A DNA stretch of 64,000 nucleotides. Source: Eledone cirrhosa. Its lineage: Eukaryota. Location of the stretch: NCBI GenBank assembly GCA_964016885.1, contig OZ024743.1, positions 279,558,001-279,622,000 on the forward strand, written 5' to 3'. Position 1 is the first letter of the stretch; each line of letters begins with the position of its first letter. The position numbers were made by a program, and so were the translations under genes. Below the pieces are notes generated by a model. The model saw only the letters and a list, made by a program, of their open reading frames with translations. It had not been told where the DNA came from and did not search any database. This document shows positions 29,560 to 44,457 of this stretch, in pieces.

Positions 29560-31050
29560 TCTCTGTGCTACCCCTAGAGTTATTATAGTGGTAATACTAA
29601 TGTTACTGACTGTGGTGAGGTGTGGCAATTGTAGTGTTACTGGATGTGATAATGTGCTAATTGTAGTGTTACTGACTATCTGTGATAGTATTGTGACAGA
29701 TATAGTAAAGTGGTAGTAGATAGTGGTATCACAGACTGTTGTTGTGTTTGAGCTAGTGGGTAACAGTGGTAGTACTTGTGGAAATGGCGATCGTGGCATT
29801 TCTTGTGGTACTGGCAGGCAATGGTGGTCTTGTTGGCAGACACATTAATAGTTGATGGTGGTGGTGGTGGCCGTCGTGGCCGTGGTTGTGGTGGCGGCGG
29901 TGGCGGTGGTGGTGGTGATGGTGGTGTTGGTGGCAGTGGTGTTGGACATTGTGGTTCTGGTGTCGAGAGCGGTATTAGTTATTCTATTAGTATTTGTGGC
30001 AGTGGTGGCAGTGATAAAGGTGATGGTAGTGGAGGTAATTTTGTCGGCGGTTATTGCATTGATAGTGATATTGGTAACGATTGGGGTGCTGCTACTTCTG
30101 CTTCTCATTGTGGTCTGGATGACACGAATGGTGTTGGTGGTGATGAGTGCGGTGGGTGTTGGTGGGGGTATATTGATGGAGATGGTATTGATGGTATTGA
30201 TACTATTTTGGTTGTAGTGGTGCTGGTTGTGGTCGTATTGCTGCTGCTGCTAGTAATGGTGGTGATGGTGTTGGTGCTGGCAGATTTAATAGTGTTGACG
30301 GTAGTGTTGAGGAGGGTTGTGGTTTTGCTGCTGCTGTTAGTGCCGGTTATGCTATTGCGGGGGGGGGGGGGGTCGTTGATATTGAAGGTGGAGATTGTAG
30401 GGAGGTTGATGATACGAATGACGATGGTGGTGGTGGTAGTGTGGTTTACAGCGGTGATGGAGCAGGTGATTTTTGATGGAGATAGCAGTATTATTTAGTC
30501 CGGTATTTTTTCGGAGGGCGTGAGGTGGTTACGTTCGTGGGGATGATGTTGTAGTGCTGATATTGTGGTGATGTTGTGGTGATAGTGGTTATAATGCTGG
30601 TGTTAGTCGTGACGGTGAAGATGATAATTGGGTGGAGGCGTAATGAGATGGTGGTGTTGTTGTCAGTGGAATCGTGGTGGTGGTTGTTGTGATTTAGACA
30701 GCGTGGTTAGTAATGGTGTCATTAATTTTGTGGTTACTGGCTGTGGTCATTATGAGGGTGTTGGCGTGAGTCTGTTGTGGTGGGTTGTGCTGGTTGGGAT
30801 AGAGGAGTGCTGGTGTTTGTGTTGGGGTAGGAGATGGAGGTTCTGTGATAGTGGTAGTGGTGTTGTTGGTATTGTTGGTATAGTGGCATAAGAGTTGGTA
30901 GGGGGCCTGATGTCGGTGCTTGTGGTGATGTTGTTTCTGATTTTGGTGGTGGTGTTTTTAATATTGCTGTTACTGGCTATAGTGTTAGTGATGGAAAAAT
31001 GGTGGTGAACGAGTTGGGAATTGTCTCGATGGTGGCGGTGTTTGTGGATA
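29560..31050. repeat. Degenerate (GGT/TGA/TGT)n tract
   Basis: Trinucleotide periodicity with G/T strand bias. Confidence 0.88.
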
Positions 31051-31644
31051 TCATTTCGATTTTGTTAGACAGGATTTAGGCTGCTTTTTTTTTTATTTAA
31101 TCGTTATATTTTTTGTTCTCTCTACCCCTCTCTCATTATATCTTTTTCTCTCACTCTCTTTCTATCTCTCACATTTCTCTCCTCCTTATTTTATTATTTG
31201 CTTTGTTTTTCGTTCGTTTGTGTGTTCTTATTTTTTTTTGTTTCGAAATGATGAAGACATTGTCTTTGATATTTGCGGAATCGTTTGATAATGACGTTGA
31301 TAATGGCTGCGACTGGAAATACCGATTGTGATTGGTGGCTAGAGCAACGATTTGATGATATAGCTGTGATTTGATGATGCAACAAACTATTTTGAAGATA
31401 TAAACATCGAAAGAAAGTAACTAAAATGCAAAAGAAAGCAAAACTGATATAAATAAAACACACAAGATTTTTTTCTAGTCATCAACAAGAAACAATGGTA
31501 AAACCTATTTAATGTTAGAATCTGAGGCAACTATGTTGGTTATGCACTATCAGACTTATACACGCACACACACTCACACACACACAGACGCACATACACA
31601 CACACGCGCATGCACACACACACACACACACGCGTACACACACA

Positions 31645-31727
<83 letters not shown>

Positions 31728-32817
31728 CATATTTGTGTGTATGCGTACACACTTAAACGTTACCAATACCAAAAGTAATGTTATATACGCATAAATTCCC
31801 ATATGTAGAAACGTTTACAAAAACAGAAATGAATGTGGAAAATGTAATCGGAGAGAGAGAAATAAAGAAAGGCAGCAAAAGCGAAATGAAACGTTGAAGA
31901 GAGAAATTAATTAGAATAGTGGGTAAATGAAGGAAAAAGAGAGTTGTTCTATTTTAGAACATACACTATTTGTCTCTCTCTCCCAAGACTCACACTCCTA
32001 ATCCGATTCCAGTATAGCACTCAATTTTTCCCACCCCATGTTTATAAATTTAACCTCTACACGAGAAGTGGAACAGGGTTGGACATTATTGCGCGTGGTT
32101 TATTTTGAGATCGAGCTAATTATTTGTGGCAATTTTGTGAAATGAAATGGCGTTTCTTTTATAAACAAACACATTTTCGCGCTTGTGTGTTCCTCTTATT
32201 TTCAGTTTAATGGCTGTGAGTTTCTATGCTTTAATTTTTTGCTTTTCGTCTGAAACTCCATGTCGCTCACCTGATATTTGTCACATATAATCTAAGGATC
32301 ATGCTACGTTATATGTCCCTGGGCGCCGTTGAATTTATTTTGCCTCGTTTCTCGCTCTTTGTCCTGTTTGTTTCCCAAGAGCTGTTATCATAAATTTACC
32401 AGTAGCTGTGATATATTCTGAGCGTTTGCAGGTCGCATCCTTAAAATACAGAAAACTTAGTTTTCCTTTGATATCTGTTATATTCTTGGATATCCACGCT
32501 TAGAGCGAAATATAAATATGCTACATCGGTAAACGTTCTTCTAAACTGAAACCACTAACTGAATATTGATCATTAATTCACTGGATAATTATAAGTATAA
32601 TTTAGCACAATTTAAACAAGGGCAATTACTTAAATAGCCACATTAATAGGATAAACACTGCCATGCTCAATTAACACTGTTTTGCCAATTTTGAGTTTGC
32701 CGCGTGAAATTAAACTTTTGATTTAAAATTTTAAAATGCATGATATCAACAGTGCAATGCGAATTCAGCCAATTTAACCCTCTACACGTATTGGATCTTC
32801 GGACCAGATTAATATTA

Positions 32818-32940
32818 CGGTCTCAGCTCAAATCCCGTCGTGATTAACTTTGCCTTTTATCCCTACGGGGTCGATAAAATAAAGTACCAGTAATGCACTG
32901 GGATAATTACTGGCCTTGTGCCAAAAGTAGAAACATTATT
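32818..32940 (+). mobile_element. SINE family A, 5'-truncated copy
   Basis: Matches the family consensus. Confidence 0.82.
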
Positions 32941-32967
32941 AATGATGATATACGTATGTTTCTTATA

Positions 32968-33140
32968 TCTATATATATAAAACTGATGTTGTCTGTGTGT
33001 CCTCATTTTTGCAAAGTCTATACAAATCCACATTTCTACTCCGATTGACTTCAAACTTGCATTTATATATTCCTTGCGATCTAAAGATACTAACTGCGAT
33101 TTTTATTTTTTCAATTTTCTGTTGTTAAATGCGTGTTAGG
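32968..33140 (+). mobile_element. Putative Helitron 5' end
   Basis: A|TCtatatatataaaa, then tgtctgtgtgt and ccgattgacttcaaacttg, as in small metazoan Helitrons. Confidence 0.5.
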
Positions 33141-33417
33141 GGCCGGTTATCGATCGCCGAAGAGCCCTTATAATATCTGTCTGTATGTCTGGCTCACTGC
33201 ATAACGACATTCTGACGAACACGTCATTGCTGACGTATTATCTTCGTTACATTCACACATACACACACACATATACATATATACTTAGATATACATATAT
33301 ATATATATATACATATATACATATACACATATATATATATACATATACATATATATATATATATACAAACATATACACATATATAGATATACACATATCA
33401 CATAAAAATATATGTAT

Positions 33418-33455
<38 letters not shown>

Positions 33456-33487
33456 GCATCCATACACACACATATATATATATGTAT

Positions 33488-33911
<424 letters not shown>

Positions 33912-34250
33912 ATCGGTTTCAACACACGTTTTCAGGTAAAGAATCTTGCTAAACAAATTCAGAAACGATATATATATATATACAGATACATTGTAGGTTG
34001 CTTTAACCCGTCTTTTATTACTCAAAGAACTTCTTGCAAATAAACATTAACCCTTTGTGCCCCATTCATCTATCTGTAGACCAATAAATACAAAAAAATG
34101 GAGCATTGACAAGAACGATGGCGAATGAATGTTCGAGGTAAGCAGTTTCCTCCAGAGCTGTTAGTTCACGCGGTATTCTCTGCTACACATTTTCGTAATA
34201 ATACCGAACAACGTACTGCTGGTCACTCCTTCCTCCATAAGCCGTACAAA

Positions 34251-34361
<111 letters not shown>

Positions 34362-34814
34362 CAGAAACCTAGTGGAGATATTATATATTATATGTGATGT
34401 ATATTATAGAGTATATATTATGTGTTGTGTATGGTATCGACGCGATGGTCCAGGTTTGTCATATTTTATCCTGAGTTCAGTTTTTTTCGTCGCTTTGGTC
34501 ACTGCGGCCCGTCTCTCGGTCGATGTCTTCAATTTGCAAAGCTGTCTAAACGTAATGTTATAAGTCTAAGGTAATATACCTTATTGAGTGCTTAACTGTA
34601 CACCCCAACTGCATTAATTAGCTTGGCTGCAACCAGAGCTTCGTTGATGCTGTACTAAATTATATATATATATATATATATATTGTTTAGCTCTGGTTTT
34701 TTAACTATGGAGCGCTTGCTAGCATAATTCTGATTTTTGCGTTTCGTTTCGCATGTTCTACCCGCCAAAATGCGATTCTCGCTGAATTTATATATATATA
34801 TATATATGTTATAA

Positions 34815-35190
34815 GAACAGATTAAAGTTTAAGCAAAGAATCGCTGCTTTCAACATTAACGGGATCTTCTGAAACTAAAAGATTTAATCTATGAACGCAG
34901 AATTAAATATTTGGAGAAACCGAAGGAAAACAGGAAGACGATATTTTGGTTCGTGAAGACGTTCCCTGGCAATGAACGGAAAAAAAGCGTCGTTATGTGG
35001 ACTGAGAAGAACAATTTCATGCAAAGACAAGACCAAGTTCATGGTATAAATGGAGTCGTTAGACTAATATTCTATTTAACATAACAGAATGATTTCCAGC
35101 CCCGGAGTTTAAAAATGATGTAAATAAAATTGAAAACGAAAATGACAGAGGTTATTAAAATAGCAAAAGTAAATAGTGAAGATTTAGGCC
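34815..35190 (-). mobile_element. Copy of the 57.4-58.3 kb repeat family
   Basis: agattaaagtttaagcaaagaatcgctgctttca and downstream blocks are shared with 57400 onwards. Confidence 0.8.
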
Positions 35191-35267
35191 AGTACATATG
35201 TATGCGCCGACGGACATACACATACATATACATACGCACACACAAATACACACATACGCACACACAA

Positions 35268-35341
<74 letters not shown>

Positions 35342-35344
35342 CCA

Positions 35345-35384
<40 letters not shown>

Positions 35385-35584
35385 CACACGTGCGTGTGTG
35401 TGTAAGCCTTATGCATTTCTACAGTATTTTCACCAAAATTAAGTCATAGGTTACTTATGTACTCCGGATGGTCATGGGCACTTTCATTTTTCCCGATGTT
35501 GATTATAGGGCCTCACGGAAGATAACCCCCTTCAACCGCTTCCTTGGAGTCGACTGAAGCACTGCAGTGCAATGCAACAAAATG

Positions 35585-35825
35585 TCATAACTTCTAGAGT
35601 TCGCAACCGATTTTCACAAAACTTGACACATGGGTTACATTTGTTCTACAGATGAATGTCAATTGGCACATATGGAGTAGGGGACCCCTGGGGGCAGCAA
35701 CCCCCTTTGGGAAAAAGCCGATGATTTTGTAAAAGTATAGTTTTCGTAGCAGCTCTGAAGTATTGACATAAATGGTATACATAACTGCTATTTAATACCC
35801 GAGCAACCCCGGGTACCTCTGCTAG
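35585..35825 (+). mobile_element. Putative Helitron 3' end
   Basis: Hairpin tacccg-agcaaccc-cgggta followed by CTAG|T at 35822-35826. Confidence 0.65.
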
Positions 35826-36223
35826 TATGTTCTAAAGTTAAATGCTTGCCGCTGCCTCTTAACTAAGTTCGCTTCGCTTAAATTGCTTTCCAATCCAGCA
35901 TATCTATTTCATATAACATCATGTACTATTCTATCTATATAAGGGGAAAAAAATAATATTATGAATTAGCTTTTTGCCTCAACCTATAATCAAAATTTTG
36001 CGCGTTACAGCAACTCCATGTACAATCTGTTTTTATATTTAATTACTTATTTGACACCCAATGTTTGATATGAGCTATGTTCTTATTATTTTTTGAATTT
36101 GGTAAACTTTGTTGTTCTCTCTCACATTTCCTGAAGTAATGCAGTTATCATAATATAATAAAAGAAGTCGTGAATATATTTTTTTTATCCTGTTAGTAAA
36201 ATAAGTTAGATTACTTTCAATAA

Positions 36224-36531
36224 ATAATTGTTTCTACTTTTGGCACAAGACCAGAAATTATCCCAGTGTATTACTGGTACTTTATTTTATCGGCTCCGTA
36301 AGGATGAAAGGCAAAGTTAATCTCGGCGGGATTTGAGGTTACTTTGAATAAATAATTGTTTCTACTTTTGGCCAAAGGCCAGCAATATACCAGTGCATTC
36401 CTGGTACTTTATTTTATCGACCCTGTAAGGATGAAAGGCAAAGTTAACCTCGGCGGGATTTGAACTCAGAATGGCAAGGGCCGTAACTCAATGCGTCAAA
36501 GCATGCTGTCAGACCGTCTACCGATACTGCC
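36224..36531 (-). mobile_element. Two tandem SINE family A copies
   Basis: aataaataattgtttctacttttgg...ggcgggatttga repeated head to tail. Confidence 0.88.
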
Positions 36532-37018
36532 GTGAATAAAATAATGAATGAATGTTACAAAATTTATGTACTAAATTTCATAGCTGTTGATTAAACATAA
36601 ATATTCTTATATATAATGATTGCTTATTTCAAGATTCACTTCTTTTAAAATTTTCAAACGTCTACATTTCCGTTTAGCGTCCGTTATATCAAAACACTTA
36701 TCACATTGCTTATATCAACGTTCATATATTTGCATCGTTATATAAGATTTGTATTTCTGTCGCTAATTTTCTTCTTTTTCGTTTTTAAAAAATGTTGCCG
36801 CAATGCAGTTTATATATAATATCGTCTTTTTTAAATGTATCATGGATTACTTTACTGATTACAGAAGAGAGTGTAACACAGTCCCTCTTATATCTCTGAG
36901 CATATTGTCTATTACGATTTTATTTGATGTATCATATCTACATGCATGTATATTTGAGTATAATATATAATATCAATATGCACACGACACATGCTAGCAG
37001 AAAACCACCCGAAGCATG

Positions 37019-37070
<52 letters not shown>

Positions 37071-37072
<2 letters not shown>

Positions 37073-37260
37073 GGAAAATGTTTGAAACCGACGGCAGAGC
37101 TCAAGCCGTTTCGACGGATATTTCCGGAGTCCAGAAATATCCGTCGAAACGGCTTGAGCTCTGCCCTCGGGGTCAAATATTTTCCTATTACCCACTCTAC
37201 TACCCTAAGTATTGAGTAATTGCGTTATGGTCCTTCTGGTTTCTTACCACACCTCCTTTA
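37071..37260. mobile_element. Foldback element containing the 3' half of a hammerhead on both arms
   Basis: Palindrome 37071-37187 with arms ccgtc GAAACGGC ttgagctct GCCGTC. A paralog lies at 42009-42197. Confidence 0.8.
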
Positions 37261-37490
37261 CACTGTATGCTTAATTAAAAGCATTTTGAAGACCTTACGC
37301 TATTGTTTTAAGTTACTGACTATATCACTTACTTCTTTTTTCAACAAAAAGAAGTAAGTAACATAGTCACTACTTTAAAAGAATAGCGTAAGGTCTTCAA
37401 AATGTTCTAATTAAGCATAAAGTGTATTGCAAAACACACTATATATACATTCATATATATATATCGCTATTTCAGAGCACCAATTCTAAT
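37261..37490. mobile_element. Short foldback derivative of the 52.8-53.6 kb family
   Basis: Same sequence as 53461-53603, with an inverted 5' arm and centre ttttttcaacaaaaaga. Confidence 0.85.
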
Positions 37491-37571
37491 CACCCGGACA
37501 GTTTTGATAATACTGTTTCGCAATATTATTTGTGAAGAGGAATACCAAAATCCTAGCTCATCAGCGGGTGA
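37490..37571 (-). ncRNA. Type I hammerhead ribozyme with long stem II
   Basis: Reverse complement of 38168-38249. Confidence 0.88.
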
Positions 37572-37787
37572 AGAATTATTAATATCCTGGCCAGTTCTAA
37601 ATATAATAAAAAAAAAACTGGATAGTGTGCGTATATGTAACGCAGATGGTTCCAGAGCTTAGCGTCTGTCGCAGACTCACGCCACTAAAAATAGCAGCAG
37701 ATTACTCGACATTTGAATTAGCTCGACGAATTAACGGAGCCGAATATATATATATATATATGTCTATATATTTATATATATATATAC

Positions 37788-37970
<183 letters not shown>

Positions 37971-38167
37971 AATATATAGACATATATATATATATATTCG
38001 GCTCCGTTAATTCGTCGAGCTAATTCAAATGTCGAGTAATCTGCTGCTATTTTTAGTGGCGTGAGTCTGCGACAGACGCTAAGCTCTGGAACCATCTGCG
38101 TTACATATACGCACACTATCCAGTTTTTTAAATTATATTTAGAAGTGGCCAGGATACTAATAATTCT

Positions 38168-38249
38168 TCACCCGCTGATGAGCTAGGATTTTGGTATTCC
38201 TCTTCACAAATAATATTGCGAAACAGTATTATCAAAACTGTCCGGGTGA
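38168..38249 (+). ncRNA. Type I hammerhead ribozyme with long stem II
   Basis: tcacccg CTGATGA gc(34 nt)gc GAAACAG tattatcaaaa CTGTC cgggtga. 7-bp stem I, 4-bp stem III and a GUC site. Confidence 0.9.
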
Positions 38250-38681
38250 TCGGGAGTTATCACCATTCTGGTTTGTATTTATTTTTCTTGATTTATTCTT
38301 AAATTGAGTCTAGCAAACCCTATTGTCTCTAGTTAGTATTCTTTTCCCCTTAGCGAATCTGGTCCATTACCATTTGAACACATATATGTATATGTCTGTG
38401 TTCCGTTTTTTTTTTTTTGTTCAGTTATAATATACGGCTCGGAAAAACCTCTTTCCTAGAGCTAATTTACTGTAATGAGACTATTTTGAGTTTCTAACTC
38501 AATACATGCCTTTGATATATATATATGCATATTTCTGTGCCTAGTTGAATATTGGTGCTTACTTATATATAAGTATTTAAGAATATATATGAGCGTAACT
38601 TTGCGTTGTATACATGCAAACGTATATTAGAGGTGTGTTCACGAATCTGTCTTACTCTTTATGCCATTGCGCACAAGCGTG

Positions 38682-38762
<81 letters not shown>

Positions 38763-39604
38763 CGTCTGCGTGTGTGTGTGTGTGCGTGCGTGTGTGTAAG
38801 TGCATGTGTATTTCTGCATGATACGTTTGTGTTAATCTGTATGTGTGTGTCATCGTGTGTTTGCCAGTGCATGCCATATCTGACAGTGATCTCTTTATCT
38901 CTTTACATTCGTGTTCACTTTCTCTCACACATCTCATACTCTCTCACTCTCTCTGCTTTAATTTTACTCTCTGCTTGTCTTTCTTTCTCCCTTTCCTTCC
39001 CTCTCTTACACTATCTCCATCTTTTTCTCTGTCTTTCACTCTCTTTCGTCTACTTTTCTTTCTTTTTCCTACACCTTTCTTCCTTTCACTCTTTCTGTCC
39101 CAGCTCCCTCTCTGTCATTATCCTTCTCGTTCTCTCTTACTTTGTTTCTCTACTCTTAACTCTAACTCTCTCTCACCCTCTCTCTCACGCACACCATCAA
39201 TCTCTCCCACTATCTCTAACTTCCACCTGCTCTCTCTCTCTCATCCTCTCTCTCGCTCTATTTCTATCGCACTCCTTCGAGTCTTCTTAGTCTCACATTG
39301 TCACTGTTTAGAAGAAAGACTGTAAGCATTGATTTAATTAACTTGCCACATTGAAGCCATACCTGGATACTGCTTTCCTTCAGGTGTGTGTGATACAACA
39401 TTTTTGGGGTTTTTTTGCAGCATCATTACATCGTCATCGTATCACCGGAGAATCATCACCATAGAATCTTCACATTACCAATAGCAACATCAGCCAATAC
39501 TCCAAACAAACGAAGAAACTAAACTGCCAACAATGGCACTATCACCACTACAGCATTATCAGTGTATTCAATCGTATTCATACACGTATATATATATATA
39601 TATA

Positions 39605-39651
<47 letters not shown>

Positions 39652-39739
39652 GCAAAAGTTCTATTTAAATTGTTGGGATACAACAAGCAAATATTTTTAT
39701 AACTGATATAAAGCTCTCAACAAGTATTTGGAGTAAACA

Positions 39740-40121
<382 letters not shown>

Positions 40122-40379
40122 GTGTGCGTGTATGTATATATATATATATATATATATACGCACACACATATATGTGTCCGTATGTACATGTGTTTGTGTG
40201 TTTGTATGAGTGTTTTTGTGCAAGTGGTATGTATCATATGCTTCTTATAATGCAATTCTTTTGTATTTAATCTTTAAAAGCATAGATTAGTTGTCCTACA
40301 TGCACTCAGAAATATGTAATGTGTGTGCATGGAACTTGACTAGCGCCTAGATAGTATAAATACGTATGCGCGTATGTTC

Positions 40380-40445
<66 letters not shown>

Positions 40446-40450
<5 letters not shown>

Positions 40451-41030
40451 TTAGCACCCTGTAACCATTAAGCTCTAAGTATAAAGTACAAATAAATACT
40501 GAGCCGATTAACAATATATAGTAAGAAACACAGTAAACCGTGTGTCTAAAATTACAAAGGTTGAAAAACAACATATGCTTGAAATATTTAACCAAGAAAC
40601 AGACAGGATGACAAAATGAAAATAAAAATATATTATCATAATACAAACGGCCTCAATAACCATTATATCTCTCGGACAGATTATCCCTAATCTGTTTCGC
40701 CCTGAGTGTGTTTGTAACAGATAATCCTGGGCTTCATCAGCGAGAGATTGCAATTAAATGTCACAAACACTATTTGCCAAGGTTCACACAGAAAGATGAA
40801 TTTATCACCTCGTGCGCCGCCAGTCAAACGTGGTAAGCGCGTATTGAACAGAAATAACAGTCCAACACGCACAACTTAATAGCTCATCCTGTAAGAGAGC
40901 CGAAATATATATATGAATTAGAACCCTGTAACCATTAAGCTCTAAGTATAAAGTACAAATAAATACTGAGCCGATTAACAATATATAGTAAGAAACACAG
41001 TAAACCGTGTGTCTAAAATTACAAGGGTTG
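40446..41030 (-). mobile_element. PLE pLTR-like unit with 118-bp terminal direct repeats (period 467)
   Basis: 40446-40563 approximately equals 40913-41030. Flanked by TA arrays, with an internal hammerhead-like core. Confidence 0.75.
40681..40750 (-). ncRNA. Degenerate hammerhead ribozyme
   Basis: CTGATGA a gccc(loop)gggc GAAAC aga TTA. Stems I and III pair poorly. Confidence 0.5.
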
Positions 41031-41112
41031 GTTAAATATTTCAAGTATATATATATATATATATATATACATATATACAGTTAAAAGAATAGAGGTGTAA
41101 CACACAAGTTAT

Positions 41113-41236
41113 TATATATTGGTAAACGGAATAGAAAATGCTGACAAATTGTTCACAGTTGAAAAATGGTTTAATTAGGAATAATTAAACCATTTTTCAA
41201 CTGTGAACAATTTGTCAGCATTTTCTATTCAGTTTA

Positions 41237-41246
<10 letters not shown>
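41113..41246. repeat. ~130-bp foldback palindrome abutting (TA)n
   Basis: Arms are near-perfect around taattaggaataatta. Confidence 0.92.
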
Positions 41247-41322
<76 letters not shown>

Positions 41323-41819
41323 GATGTATATATATATATATATATTAATTTAGAACATTTATTAGCTGACAATTGTTTCTTCCAGAAGGAAGTCTGGAAT
41401 CATCGGAGCATAAGGAATGTCGAAACGTATGAATGTAGAATCCTAGTCATTTAGAACATTTAGGGTACATAGTTGTTATTAGTGTCAATGGGATCATGTG
41501 GTGGAGATGCAGGAGTTAAAACAATGTTTCGCTTGAAATAACACAATTAAAGGTAGCACTGGTTGGAAGTGTAATAGGTATAAGTAAAAGTAAAAAGCAC
41601 AAGCAAAAAAATCACAAGCAAAAAAAAACACAGGGAAAGAAGTTATAAGCAAAGACAATTGGTGTACAATGCAGGAGTCAATAAGGCAATAAGGCATGTA
41701 TGAGGAAAGAGTTATAGTGCAGTTGAAATAAACATATTTTGTATTGGTTTTCAGGCATGTTATATTAGTTGTAAACATTTAAGATAGTGTGCAATTTGTA
41801 TGTATATATATATATATAC

Positions 41820-42264
<445 letters not shown>

Positions 42265-42312
42265 TATGTATGTATGCGTACATACATATATGTATACAGA
42301 CATACAGTAGCA

Positions 42313-42355
<43 letters not shown>

Positions 42356-42502
42356 GTACACATACATATATGTACGTATCAGTTTAGCGGACGTTTATTA
42401 TAACGCCCGCTTAGTCCGTCTGTAAACAAACTGACAGCCTGAATTTATGCCGTACGGTGTTAAGGTAACCACGTCACCATTTTGTTCAACACTGACACAG
42501 GA

Positions 42503-42545
42503 ACGATGTACTAGTTTCAAGCTTCTTAGCTATCATCAGCACCGT
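42503..42545 (-). ncRNA. Type I hammerhead ribozyme (minimal, palindromic stem III)
   Basis: acggtg CTGATGA t agct aaga agct t GAAAC ta GTA catcgt. Confidence 0.88.
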
Positions 42546-42593
42546 ATACCCTTCTGCCAGATGGTTTAACGTTCATAAGTGTGTACCTGTATG

Positions 42594-42665
<72 letters not shown>

Positions 42666-42798
42666 TGCTACTGTACGTCTGTATACATATATGCATGTAC
42701 GTATACATACATACTTACATTTAAGTAGGTGCTGTACTAAGAGTGAGAAATGAAATTTCGTTTTCATTCTATTACAACTTATATATATATACATATAC

Positions 42799-42830
<32 letters not shown>

Positions 42831-43316
42831 TTATTTATTATTAATTTATTAAATCTAAACGGACGTATAGAGCTAGTAATCCATGACTGACTAGGGGTAA
42901 TATGTATACCTACCTACACACACACACACCTATATATATATATATATACATATAAATATATGTATGTATGTACGTATGTATGTAAGTTTGTATAAATATA
43001 TATATATGTATATATATACTTATCACATTTGTCTTCATATAGGTATATTTGTACAGTTTTAGTGTATTGGTGCGTGAATATGTATGTATACATGTGTAGG
43101 TATACACAAAATTAGATATACGTAGATTACATTTGGTAAATACAAATAAATATGAATGAAACATTTACAAATATTTCTGTTGGGTGAAAATAGTGAAGTA
43201 CTGACTGTGGAGACTTCATCTTATTCTCATCTCTCTCGTCTTTCACGCTCTCTCTCTCTCTCTCTTTATACACACACACACACACGTACACGCATACACA
43301 CACACACACACACACT

Positions 43317-43347
<31 letters not shown>

Positions 43348-43360
43348 GCACACACACGCG

Positions 43361-43477
<117 letters not shown>

Positions 43478-44457
43478 GTATGTATATGTATATATATATA
43501 TATATATATATTTCTTGATTATTCTAACCTCTGAAATGTTTCTATCTCGAGAATGCTTGTAGTTGTAAAATAAAAAAATATATGTATGTATATTATATTT
43601 GCGCGTAAAAAATATTTGTATCGTATATAGAAGTTAATGAAATATTTATATGTATAGAATATATATTTGCCGAATAATTTACAGTGTAGAATATTTCTGT
43701 GTAGACTGTTGAAATGTGTAGACAGCTAATAGTTGATGTATATTTATGTGCAGAATATTTATTCCTAGATCATGTAATTTTGCATATGCATAGTATTTAC
43801 ACTCGTAGAATATTTGTGTAAAATGTTTACACATACAAAACATATATGTAGAATTTTGTTTATGTAGAAACTTTATGTAAAAATAAGCTTGCAGGTTTTT
43901 TGTATACAGTGGTTGTGTGCATAGAATGTTTCACCTGCAGAATATTTATATGCGTAGAAAGTTTGCATATATATATAGTTTATTATACTTCGATTTTTAT
44001 TATGTTTGAAAGTTTTATCTTTGTTTTTTATTTGGCAGCTCTGGCCTAGTCCTTGGAGCTTCATTTTTTTCTTTTTTCTATTTGAAAAAAAACGTGCCAG
44101 CGTTTTCGTTGAAATAACCTGTGTTTGCTTACCTCATCTTGACTGTCATGTGAGCCTGAAAATGGAGCTTACTACTGTAATGCCGATTTGAAACCAAGAC
44201 AGTAGGTTCGTACCCACCTGTTCCGAAGAGGCTAATTCCTCGCCGATGAAGCTGCTCTTAGCCAATTACATAATGCTTAATGGCATTAGCTAATTTCTGT
44301 GCATGCCAGCTCCACATGGCCTGTCGCCAGGAGATGAAGTACCAGAAACTAATGCAGCCGTCCGTGGCCAGAGAATCAAATTCTAAATCCACACGAAATC
44401 GTGGGTTATATGAAGATAGACAGATAGATAGCTGGATAGATAGATAGATAGATAGAT

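Noticed and set aside
29776-30498. 240-aa Gly/Val-rich ORF
   Set aside because: Lies in a degenerate (GGT)n tract with no domain or splice evidence.
33212-33240. Hammerhead at ctgacga
   Set aside because: A hairpin follows, but there is no GAAA or cleavage triplet.
44100-44410. Host exon or conserved enhancer in unique-looking sequence (also ~18850, ~28100, ~32200, ~60960)
   Set aside because: No convincing ORF or splice pair. TAAT/TTTAT motifs are expected by chance in AT-rich DNA and need comparative data.
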